From Clostridia bacterium (GTDB lineage Bacteria > Bacillota > Clostridia > Oscillospirales > CAG-272), in contig JAFTME010000107.1 of the NCBI GenBank assembly GCA_017452545.1, forward strand, positions 828-64,827: a stretch of DNA of 64,000 nt. Reading direction: 5' to 3'. This document shows, piece by piece, positions 19,744 through 28,018 of this stretch (within the stretch, counting starts at the first letter, position 1; every line of letters begins with the position of its first letter). A program made the position numbers and the translations under genes. The notes under the pieces were generated by a model. It was not told the DNA's origin, ran no database searches, and worked only from the letters and a program-made list of their open reading frames with translations.

Positions 19744-20943
19744 TCAGTTGTTGTAGGTCCCCTTGGTGTCCGCAATCACTGCGGTGACGTTTTCCTTGCG
19801 ACGGGAGGTCTTGACACGCTTCATCAGCTCGTCATAGTATACCTTTTCGTCGATGGGCAGCTCGATCGTCTTACCAAGCCATGCAGACAGATGCATCGCG
19901 TTGGACAGCGTCAGACCGTTGATGCCCTCGCGGCCGTCTGCGATCAGCGGCTCGCCACGAAGAATGGCTGCTGCATAAGCGTTGAGAATGCCGACGTGCT
20001 GCTTGTTGTCGCCCGCACCGGTGCAGTCTACCTTAACAGTCTCGCACTTGGGCTGCGCAAAGGGAACCTTGTTGGTCGCAGAGAATTCAGGCTCCAGCAT
20101 ATCCAGCTTGCGCATGGTCAGCGAGCCACCGTCACAGATCAGCATACCGCCGTCCAGAACGACCTCCAGGCGGTTCGAGCCGGGGGCATCACCCGTGGAG
20201 GTGATAAAGGTACCGGTCGCACCGTTGGGATACTCTACGTAAGCAGTAACGTCATCCTCAACCTCGATGTCGTGCCACTTGCCGAAATGAAGGTGTGCAT
20301 CCACCTTGGCGGGCATACCGCAGATCCACTGCCACAGGTCAAGATTGTGGGGGCACTGATTGAGCAGAACACCGCCACCCTCACCGGACCAGGTTGCTCT
20401 CCACGCGCCGGAATCGTAATATGCCTGCGGACGGTACCATCCGGTGATCATCCAGCTGGTACGACGGATCTGACCCATCTCACCACTCTGAATGATCTCA
20501 CGCATCTTTCTGTACAGAGGATTGGTGCGCTGATTGAACATCATACCGAATACAAGGTCGGGATGCTTATCAGCCTCCTCGATCAGCTCACGCACCTGTG
20601 CGGTGTAAACACCTGCAGGCTTTTCGCTCATGACGTGCAGACCTGCCTGCAGACCTGCGATGCAATAGCGAGGATGATCGTAATGAGGAACGGCGACCAG
20701 AATAGCGTCAACCTGACCGGAGCCGATCATTTCCATCGCGTCGGTAAAGGTTGCGATTTCGGGAATTTCGGGATGCTCGGCTCTTGCCTTTTCCACCATG
20801 CTGCGTGCATGATCCAGTCTTGCGGGATTGATGTCCGCAACGGCAGTAACCTCGATCTCAGGGCACTGACGGCCGAGAATGTTGCCAAGATGTCCGGTAC
20901 CCATGTTACCGATACCAATAATACCAAGTCTGACTTTTTCCAT
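19744..20943 (-). CDS. Gfo/Idh/MocA-family NAD(P)-dependent oxidoreductase
   Basis: 399 aa. Rossmann N-terminus RLGIIGIGNMG and an EKP motif (MSEKP). Confidence 0.9.
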   Translation of the reverse strand: MEKVRLGIIGIGNMGTGHLGNILGRQCPEIEVTAVADINPARLDHARSMVEKARAEHPEIPEIATFTDAMEMIGSGQVDAILVAVPHYDHPRYCIAGLQAGLHVMSEKPAGVYTAQVRELIEEADKHPDLVFGMMFNQRTNPLYRKMREIIQSGEMGQIRRTSWMITGWYRPQAYYDSGAWRATWSGEGGGVLLNQCPHNLDLWQWICGMPAKVDAHLHFGKWHDIEVEDDVTAYVEYPNGATGTFITSTGDAPGSNRLEVVLDGGMLICDGGSLTMRKLDMLEPEFSATNKVPFAQPKCETVKVDCTGAGDNKQHVGILNAYAAAILRGEPLIADGREGINGLTLSNAMHLSAWLGKTIELPIDEKVYYDELMKRVKTSRRKENVTAVIADTKGTYNN

Positions 20944-20974
20944 AGCGTATAACCTTACCTTTCAAACAATCTGA

Positions 20975-21745
20975 TCAATGGAAGCCACGGGATTTGAAGA
21001 AGTCGTAGCTGCGCTTGAGGCAAGCGAAGGGATCCTCACCGTTGCAGTTGTCCTGCTCGATGTAGGCGTACTTAACGCCGGTATCGACACACGCCTTGAG
21101 AATCTCATCGTATTCCATCATACCCTCGCCGTTGGGAACCATGTAAACGTCGCCGTTTGCGTTGTGCGACATATCCTTGAAATGGACGCAATCGGTTCTG
21201 CCTGCCAGCTTGTACAGCCACTTTACGGGATTTTCGCCCGCATACTGCAGCCAGTAGGTGTCAACGGTAATACCGCACTGCTCTGCCGGGAAGGCGTCGC
21301 AAATATGCTCCAGCACCGTCTTGCCGTCCACAATGCCAACCTCGCGGTTGTGGTTGTGGTACATAAACTTCTGTCCGTTCTTGGCGAACAGCTCGACCGC
21401 AGGACGGATCTCATCAAAGAAGGCATTCAGCTTCTCGGTGGTATAGGGCAGCATGTAATGCTGGGGCATACCGCCGATGCCGATGTATTTGCAGTTCATT
21501 GCTGCGTGGAACGCAGAGGTCTCTGCGCTCTCCTTAATAATTCTGTCATAGCTGAAGTGCGTGATATCCGCAGTCAGACCGTACGCCTTGAGGCGCTCTG
21601 CCATCCAGACGGAATCGTACGCGCATACACCGGAGAGCTGAACGGTGGTCATACCCATATCCGCTACTCTCTTGAGCGTATTGTCCAGATCCTCCGTTGT
21701 CTTACAAAAATCACGAAGGGTAAAAAGCTGTGCTCCGATTAACAT
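20975..21745 (-). CDS. sugar phosphate isomerase/epimerase (xylose-isomerase-like TIM barrel)
   Basis: 256 aa with TIM-barrel AP-endonuclease-2-like motifs. Confidence 0.85.
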   Translation of the reverse strand: MLIGAQLFTLRDFCKTTEDLDNTLKRVADMGMTTVQLSGVCAYDSVWMAERLKAYGLTADITHFSYDRIIKESAETSAFHAAMNCKYIGIGGMPQHYMLPYTTEKLNAFFDEIRPAVELFAKNGQKFMYHNHNREVGIVDGKTVLEHICDAFPAEQCGITVDTYWLQYAGENPVKWLYKLAGRTDCVHFKDMSHNANGDVYMVPNGEGMMEYDEILKACVDTGVKYAYIEQDNCNGEDPFACLKRSYDFFKSRGFH

Positions 21746-21765
21746 GATCGTATCTTCCTTTCCTG

Positions 21766-22605
21766 TTATTGCGTAATTCTGCGCAGTGCCTTGACTGCAT
21801 AATCAAATGCTTCGCGGTTGGATGCGAATTTCAAGCCGCCCACCGCGCTCTTGTCGCCCTCTTTCTCAAGGCCGGCAAGTCCGACGAACTCCATCAAGTG
21901 CGGCTCCATGGTCATAACGCCGCCACCGCGCTTGGCGTATTTTGCAGCCAGCTCGGCAATGTGACCTTCACCGTCGCCGGGAGGCACGATGCTGCCGTCG
22001 GGTGCACAGTCCTTGATGTGCATATAGGTGAGATAGGGCGCCAGCAACTCCCACGCCGTCAGCGTATTGACACCGCACTGCATAAAGTTGGCGGGATCAA
22101 ACACGCAGCCCAGCTGAGGCAGCGCGCGGTGCAGCTGCAGGCAACGCTCGGCAGTATCACCGTAAATCCCCTTCTCGTTCTCATGGCAAAGAATGACGGA
22201 ATGTCCCTTTGCCAGCTCGATAAAACGGTTCAGTCTGCGGCAGACCTCGTCAAAATAAGCGGGATCGCCTGCCGTCTCGTAAAAGCTGAACAGACGAATG
22301 CAGCGTGCATGCGTCAGATCGGCAACCTCCAGAAGGCGCTTGAAACGCTCCTCCTCAACAGAAAAATCCGCCGTGATCTTGGTCTTGCCCGCAGGCGAGC
22401 CCAGCGACCAGATGCGAATGCCGTGATCACCCAGACGGCTGTAAATACGCTTGGCATCCTCGGCACTCAGATCGGCAACGTTCTTGCCGTCTACACCGCG
22501 GATCTCAAGATAAGGGATGTCATTGTCCTTGAGTGCCGCGATCTGCTCCTCAAGGGTATTGCCTGCCTCGTCGGCAAAGGCACAAAGCTGTAATCTCTGA
22601 TCCAT
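21766..22605 (-). CDS. sugar phosphate isomerase/epimerase (xylose-isomerase-like TIM barrel)
   Basis: I choose the start at MDQRLQLCAF (ATG 22605), which is preceded by GGAGAGGA. The track start would overlap the stop of the upstream gene. Confidence 0.85.
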   Translation of the reverse strand: MDQRLQLCAFADEAGNTLEEQIAALKDNDIPYLEIRGVDGKNVADLSAEDAKRIYSRLGDHGIRIWSLGSPAGKTKITADFSVEEERFKRLLEVADLTHARCIRLFSFYETAGDPAYFDEVCRRLNRFIELAKGHSVILCHENEKGIYGDTAERCLQLHRALPQLGCVFDPANFMQCGVNTLTAWELLAPYLTYMHIKDCAPDGSIVPPGDGEGHIAELAAKYAKRGGGVMTMEPHLMEFVGLAGLEKEGDKSAVGGLKFASNREAFDYAVKALRRITQ

Positions 22606-22622
22606 AGTCCGTCCTCTCCGCA

Positions 22623-23450
22623 TCAAACGCCCGAGTAAGCGGAGAAGCCGCCGTCAACGGGAATAACAACGCCGGTCACAAAGGCAGACTGGCTGTCGTC
22701 GGTCAGGAAACGCAGCGCACCCAAAAGCTCGTCAGCCTCGCCAAAGCGTCCCATGGGCGTTGCCGCCAGGATCTTGCCCGTTCTTGCGGTGGGCGTGCCG
22801 TCCTCGTTGAACAGAAGTGCTCTGTTCTGATTGGTGGCAAAGAATCCGGGTGCGATGCCGTTGACGCGAATGCCCGTCTTGGCAAAGTGAACGGCAAGCC
22901 ACTGCGTAAAGTTGGAAACGCCTGCCTTTGCGGCACTGTATGCGGGAATCTTGGTCAGGGGCGTGTACGCATTCATCGAGGAAATGTTGAGAATGGAGCA
23001 ATGCTCCTCACCGATCATGTCCTTTGCGAACACCTGCGTGGGCAGCAGAACACCCTTGATATTCAGATCAAATACAAAATCAAAGCCGGATTTGTCAAGG
23101 TTGAAGAAGGTCAGAATATCGTCTCTGTCCTCATCCCCCTCCTCAAAATACTCATGTGCGGTCGTCGCACGGGGGTTGTTACCGCCCGCACCGTTGATCA
23201 GAACGGTGCATTTGCCAAGATCTGCAAGAACCTTGGCGTGAACCTCCTCCAGAACGGCGCGATCCAGCACGTTGGTCTTGTAAGCGCGAGCAACGCCGCC
23301 CTGCGCACAGATCTCCTCTGCCACGGCATTGACCGCAGCCTCGTTGATGTCCAACAGCGCAACAGCATAGCCCTGCTTTGCCATATCCTTTGCGAATGCG
23401 GAGCAAAGAACGCCGCCCGCACCCGTTACAACGCAAACCTTATTACTCAT
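22623..23450 (-). CDS. short-chain dehydrogenase/reductase, probably the mannonate/fructuronate oxidoreductase type
   Basis: 275 aa. TGAGGVLC cofactor motif and YSAAK catalytic motif. Sits immediately downstream of uxuA. Confidence 0.85.
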   Translation of the reverse strand: MSNKVCVVTGAGGVLCSAFAKDMAKQGYAVALLDINEAAVNAVAEEICAQGGVARAYKTNVLDRAVLEEVHAKVLADLGKCTVLINGAGGNNPRATTAHEYFEEGDEDRDDILTFFNLDKSGFDFVFDLNIKGVLLPTQVFAKDMIGEEHCSILNISSMNAYTPLTKIPAYSAAKAGVSNFTQWLAVHFAKTGIRVNGIAPGFFATNQNRALLFNEDGTPTARTGKILAATPMGRFGEADELLGALRFLTDDSQSAFVTGVVIPVDGGFSAYSGV

Positions 23451-23473
23451 GTTTTATCTCCTTTTTGAAAAAA

Positions 23474-24517
23474 TCAGTTACGGGAATCCTTGTCGATTGC
23501 TTCCCAAAGACCGGAAAGATACATCGCACCCAGCGCGCGATCGTACAAACCGTAGCCATATCTTCCCTTCTCACCCCAGATGCGTCTGCCGTGGTCGGGA
23601 CGGATATAGCCGTCAAAGCCGCCACGGTGCAGCGCCTTCATGATGCCGTAAATATCCAGCGAACCGCAATCGGTCGGATGCGCAACCTCGTGGAACTGGC
23701 GCTCGCCCGTCCACAGAATGTTGCGGATGTGAGCGAAGTGGATGCGATCGGCAAAGCGGCTTGCCATATCCACCAGATCGTTGTCGGGATTTGCGCCCAG
23801 CGAGCCGGTGCAGAAGGTCAGACCGTTCTCCTGCTCGTCAACCAGACTAAAGAAGCGCTCCAGGTTCTTTCTGCCGGTGATGATGCGAGGCAGACCGAAA
23901 ATACCCCAAGGCGGATCGTCCGGATGGATCGCCATGTTGACGCCTGCCTCCTTGGCAACGGGAATGACCGCCTCAAGGAAGGTCTGCATATTGCGCCACA
24001 GCGCCTCCTCGTCAATGGATTCATATCTCTTGAGCAGCCCCTGCAGCTCCTCCTTGGTGTAGCTCTCATCCCAGCCGGGCAAGGACAGCGAGCCGCCCAT
24101 AGGATTCATGGCAAGCACCGTCTGCTCGTCGTAAGCCAAGCTGTTGGAGCCGTCCTTTGCGGGATGCTCCATCTCGCTGCGCAGCCAGTCGAATACGGGC
24201 ATAAAGTTGTAGCAGATACACTTTACCCCCGCCTGACCAAGACGGCGTACGTTTTCACAATAATGGTCGATCAGCTCGTTGGCACCGGGGCCGCCCAGCT
24301 TGATCTCCTCGGGAACGGGAACGCTCTCGACGACCTCAAAGCCCAGCCCGTGCGCAGCAGCAGCGTCCTTGACGGCTGCAATGCTCTCGTGGCTCCAGAT
24401 ACCGCCGGCGGGAACGTCGTAGACGGCAGAGACGACAGACTTGATCACGGGGATCTGAGAAACCTGCTCCAGCGTCACAGGATCACCGGGACCATAATGG
24501 CGAAATGTCATTTTCAT
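23474..24517 (-). CDS. uxuA: mannonate dehydratase
   Basis: 347 aa. N-terminus MKMTFRHYGPGDPV is typical of UxuA. Confidence 0.92.
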   Translation of the reverse strand: MKMTFRHYGPGDPVTLEQVSQIPVIKSVVSAVYDVPAGGIWSHESIAAVKDAAAAHGLGFEVVESVPVPEEIKLGGPGANELIDHYCENVRRLGQAGVKCICYNFMPVFDWLRSEMEHPAKDGSNSLAYDEQTVLAMNPMGGSLSLPGWDESYTKEELQGLLKRYESIDEEALWRNMQTFLEAVIPVAKEAGVNMAIHPDDPPWGIFGLPRIITGRKNLERFFSLVDEQENGLTFCTGSLGANPDNDLVDMASRFADRIHFAHIRNILWTGERQFHEVAHPTDCGSLDIYGIMKALHRGGFDGYIRPDHGRRIWGEKGRYGYGLYDRALGAMYLSGLWEAIDKDSRN

Positions 24518-24694
24518 GGCAATCTTTTCCTTTTCCTATAATTTTGCAGTCAGAGAGCCTGCCACCGCCCACGCAGAGCAACGACCAACACTCCCCCTTA
24601 TACTGATACTTTATTGTAGCACAAAACGCACAAGATGTAAATACTTTTGCCCAAAAAATAGCCCGTATTTTTTCAAAAAAGCACCCGGCGCCGA

Positions 24695-24723
24695 TTGACA
24701 AACGCACCGCGAATTGCTATAAT
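24695..24723 (+). promoter_or_regulatory. sigma-A promoter of the ThuA-like gene
   Basis: TTGACA, 17-nt spacer, TATAAT. Confidence 0.6.
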
Positions 24724-24756
24724 GTTCTTATCAATAACATCCGGGGAGGATATACC

Positions 24757-25503
24757 ATGAATAATAAGATCAGAGTCACCATCTGGAACGAATTCCGTCA
24801 CGAAAAGCATATGCCTGAGGTCGCAGCGCTGTATCCGGACGGTATGCACGCTACCATCGGCTCCCATCTTGCCAACGATCCCGAGATCGAGGTCACACTG
24901 GCAGCGCTGGACGATCCCGAGCAGGGCTTGCCCGATGAGGTACTCAACAATACCGACGTGCTGCTCTGGTGGGGGCATTGCTCGCACCACGAGGTCCGCG
25001 ACGATATCGTAGCCAAGATCCAGCAGCGCGTATATCAAGGTCAAATGGGTCTGGTCGTCCTGCACTCCGGACATCACTCCAAGGTGTTCCGCTCCGTCGT
25101 CGGCACGACGGGTAACCTCTCCTGGGGCCGCGAGCAGCGCGAGATCATCTGGTGCGTTAACCCTGCGCATCCCATCGCTGCCGGCATTCCCGATCATTTC
25201 TGCCTGGAATCGGAGGAGCTGTACGCCGAGCCGTTCGCCGTCCAGCCCGATGAGCTGATCTTCACCGCTTGGTTTGAGGATGGCTATATCATGCGAAACG
25301 GCATGGTCTTCAACCGTGGCTACGGAAAGGTGTTCTATTTCCAACCCGGTCACGAGACCTGCCCCTCCTATCATAACGAATACGTTGAACGCATCATCCG
25401 CAACGGCGTGCATTACGTAAAGCCGAACAGCTTCGGCTTTGAGATCCCGGAGGGTGCTCCTTGCGTCCATCCCCATAAGGTCACCGATGAATTCCAAGCC
25501 TGA
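24757..25503 (+). CDS. ThuA-like (trehalose utilisation / glutamine amidotransferase-like fold) protein
   Basis: 248 aa. Shows LLWWGH..H and the GHE ending typical of the ThuA family. Confidence 0.85.
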   Translation: MNNKIRVTIWNEFRHEKHMPEVAALYPDGMHATIGSHLANDPEIEVTLAALDDPEQGLPDEVLNNTDVLLWWGHCSHHEVRDDIVAKIQQRVYQGQMGLVVLHSGHHSKVFRSVVGTTGNLSWGREQREIIWCVNPAHPIAAGIPDHFCLESEELYAEPFAVQPDELIFTAWFEDGYIMRNGMVFNRGYGKVFYFQPGHETCPSYHNEYVERIIRNGVHYVKPNSFGFEIPEGAPCVHPHKVTDEFQA

Positions 25504-26173
25504 GATCTCCCTGCGCCGCCGCACGTGGCTTGTCGCACTGATCGCCCTTGTGGGCTGCGGCGCCATGGCATTGGTGGACGGCGTCTGGATGCCACATTAT
25601 TTTGTCAAATCCGCCGTCAAGCTGACGCTGTTTTTGCTGCTTCCGCTGCTCTACAGCCGCTATGACCGCTCCGTCCGACTGCGCGAGCTGCTCCGCTTTG
25701 ATAAGCGGGGCGCCGCCGTCGCGCTGCTACTGGGACTCGGCGTCTATGCCGTGATTCTCGGTGGCTACTTCCTCTTGCGCGGCGTGTTTGATTTTTCAGG
25801 CGTAGCCACCGCGCTCTCCGAAAACGCAGGCGTCAACCGCGATAACTTTGTCTTTGTCGCGCTCTATATCTCGCTGATCAACTCGGCGCTCGAGGAATTT
25901 TTCTTCCGCGGCTTTATCTTTCGCAGCCTGCGAGAGAACGGCGCCATCTTTGCCTATCTGTTCAGTTCAGTCGCTTTCGCACTGTATCACGTTGCCATGA
26001 TGATCGGCTGGTTTTCCCTGCCCCTGACGGCGCTGATTATTGCCGGATTGATCGTCGGCGGTGTCATTTTCAATGCCCTTAACGAGCGCTTCCATACGCT
26101 GTATGTTTCCTGGGCCGTGCATATGTTTGCCAACTTCGCCATCAATACCATCGGCTTTATCCTGTTGCTTTAA
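25487..26173 (+). CDS. CPBP-family intramembrane glutamic endopeptidase
   Basis: EEFFFRG motif and an H-containing second motif (YHVAMM) in a polytopic protein. Start at MNSKPEIS overlaps the end of the ThuA-like gene by 17 nt. Confidence 0.8.
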   Translation: MNSKPEISLRRRTWLVALIALVGCGAMALVDGVWMPHYFVKSAVKLTLFLLLPLLYSRYDRSVRLRELLRFDKRGAAVALLLGLGVYAVILGGYFLLRGVFDFSGVATALSENAGVNRDNFVFVALYISLINSALEEFFFRGFIFRSLRENGAIFAYLFSSVAFALYHVAMMIGWFSLPLTALIIAGLIVGGVIFNALNERFHTLYVSWAVHMFANFAINTIGFILLL

Positions 26174-26190
26174 TCCTATGAGCTTAACAA

Positions 26191-26221
26191 ACGGCTGTCG
26201 CAAATTGCGGCAGCCGTTTTT
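26191..26221 (+). terminator. rho-independent terminator
   Basis: ACGGCTG..CAGCCGT stem followed by T5. Confidence 0.8.
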
Positions 26222-26306
26222 CGTATACCGACGCCCCATTTCAGCCATACTCAATACAGATGAAAATCCACCCGCACAATCCAAAGTTTTTTGAAAGGGA
26301 GCGTGA

Positions 26307-26337
26307 GGGGGAAGCTTTTTTCAAAAAAGCTTCCCCC
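26307..26337. repeat. 31-nt perfect palindrome upstream of the GT4 gene
   Basis: GGGGGAAGCTTTTTT-C-AAAAAAGCTTCCCCC. Confidence 0.9.
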
Positions 26338-26355
26338 TCGCAAAAAAACAGATCT

Positions 26356-27528
26356 ATGTCCATTCACCTCATGCACATTCTGACCGACACCAATATCGGC
26401 GGCGCCGGAACGCTGCTTTGTAACCAGCTTCGCGCCCTGGATCGCCGCCGCTTTACCGTCACCGTCGTCCTGCCGCACGGCAGTCGCCTTGCCGATCGCA
26501 TCGCCGCCATCCCCGCCCCAACGCGTATCGTTTACAGCAGTCGAGGTGCCGATCGTTCCGCCGACCTCAAAGCCATCGGTGACTACCTTCGCATTTTTCG
26601 AACACACCGCCCCGACATTGTCCACACACACGCCTGCCTATCCGCCCGTATCGCCGCCCGCATCGCTCGCATCCCCGTCTGCCTCCATACCCGACATTGT
26701 GTTTTTCCGCTCAAGCCATGGCAGCAGAGGGGAGCCATCGCCCCCCTTCATCGCCTGCTCTATCGCACGGGCGACCGACTGCTCTCCGACGGCGTCATCG
26801 CCGTAGCGGAGGCGGCAAAGCAAAATCTGCTCGCCCTCGGTGCCGATGAGCAGCGCATTCGTGTCATTGTCAACGGTGTCTATCCCCTTCCCATTCCCTC
26901 GCCCGCGCGCGTCGAAGCGCTTCGCGCCGCTCTGCAGCTTCCCACCGATGCCTTTGTCGTCGGTATGGTCGCACGCCTTGAGCCCTATAAAGGACATCAA
27001 ACTCTGCTTGAGGCAGCCGCGCGCTGCTTGCAAGTAAGCGACCGCTTTTATTTTCTGCTTTTGGGCGACGGAAGCTGCGCCGATGCGCTTCACCGGACCG
27101 CGTGCGAGCTCGGCATCTCAGCGCATATCCGTATGGTCGGCTTTGTCGAAGACGTAGCCCCCTATTACGGCTTGATGAACGTCAACGTCAACGCCTCCTA
27201 CGGCACCGAAACCTCCAGCCTTGCCCTCTCGGAGGGCATGAGCCTCGGCATCCCTGCCGTGGCGTCCACCTACGGCGGCAACACCTATATGGTGCGCGAC
27301 AGGGTCAACGGGCTGCTCTTCCCGACGCACGACAGCATAGCCCTCAGTCATGCGCTGCTGCGTCTCTTTCAGGACGAGCCTCTGCGTGAGCAGCTCTCCC
27401 TTGGTGCCCGTGCCTTCTTCGAGCAGCATCTGACCGCTCAAGCCATGACACGGCAAATGGAGGAATATTACAACGCACTGTATGAGCAAAAAAAGCGACA
27501 CAAAAGCAAAGCCTCAGCCGCACTGTAA
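26356..27528 (+). CDS. GT-B glycosyltransferase, family 4-like
   Basis: HILTDTNIGGAGT N-terminus and the E..G....EA-type C-terminal motif (ALSEGMSLGIPAVAS). The start is uncertain (26356 or 26371), and neither candidate has a clear SD. Confidence 0.8.
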   Translation: MSIHLMHILTDTNIGGAGTLLCNQLRALDRRRFTVTVVLPHGSRLADRIAAIPAPTRIVYSSRGADRSADLKAIGDYLRIFRTHRPDIVHTHACLSARIAARIARIPVCLHTRHCVFPLKPWQQRGAIAPLHRLLYRTGDRLLSDGVIAVAEAAKQNLLALGADEQRIRVIVNGVYPLPIPSPARVEALRAALQLPTDAFVVGMVARLEPYKGHQTLLEAAARCLQVSDRFYFLLLGDGSCADALHRTACELGISAHIRMVGFVEDVAPYYGLMNVNVNASYGTETSSLALSEGMSLGIPAVASTYGGNTYMVRDRVNGLLFPTHDSIALSHALLRLFQDEPLREQLSLGARAFFEQHLTAQAMTRQMEEYYNALYEQKKRHKSKASAAL

Positions 27529-27568
27529 GCGATAGGGACGGCTCACAAAAGTGAGACGTCCCCGTCGT

Positions 27569-28009
27569 TTATTCTTTATCGTATTTGAGCGCCTCGCGCA
27601 TCAGCACCGGTGTGACGTTGGGATACGTCAGATTTTCAGGCAGCTCCTCAAACGCCTGCACACGCGCCATTTCGCTTTCTGGCAACATACCAAGTGAACG
27701 AACCTTGGCAAGAAATACCCTGCCGTTGGAATGCCCCTTGTCGTCATAGCCATAGTAATCACAAACGGGGATGATCTCGGCATCGCTGACGCCGCTTTCT
27801 TCATAAAGTTCGCGTCGCGCCGCATCCAAGGGAGTCTCACCGGGCTCAATGTGACCGCCCTGCGTCTCCCAGGTATCCCGTTTTTTGTGTCGACTGAGCA
27901 GCCAACATCCTTGATACCACGCGCACACGACTACGTATTTATAATCCTTCAACGCTCCAAGCGGATATATACGACACCGCAAAGACAACCGCGTTTGCTG
28001 TTCATCCAT
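27569..28009 (-). CDS. NUDIX hydrolase
   Basis: 146 aa. Nudix box GGHIEPGETPLDAARRELYEESGV. Confidence 0.88.
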   Translation of the reverse strand: MDEQQTRLSLRCRIYPLGALKDYKYVVVCAWYQGCWLLSRHKKRDTWETQGGHIEPGETPLDAARRELYEESGVSDAEIIPVCDYYGYDDKGHSNGRVFLAKVRSLGMLPESEMARVQAFEELPENLTYPNVTPVLMREALKYDKE

Positions 28010-28018
28010 ACCAATTCC

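Noticed and set aside
18072-20952. Two plus-strand ORFs of 571 and 564 aa (18072..19787 and 19258..20952)
   Set aside because: Antisense to the beta-helix lipoprotein and the Gfo/Idh/MocA gene. Arg-rich, low-complexity translations.
24673-25566. 297-aa minus-strand ORF
   Set aside because: Antisense to the ThuA-like gene. No motifs.
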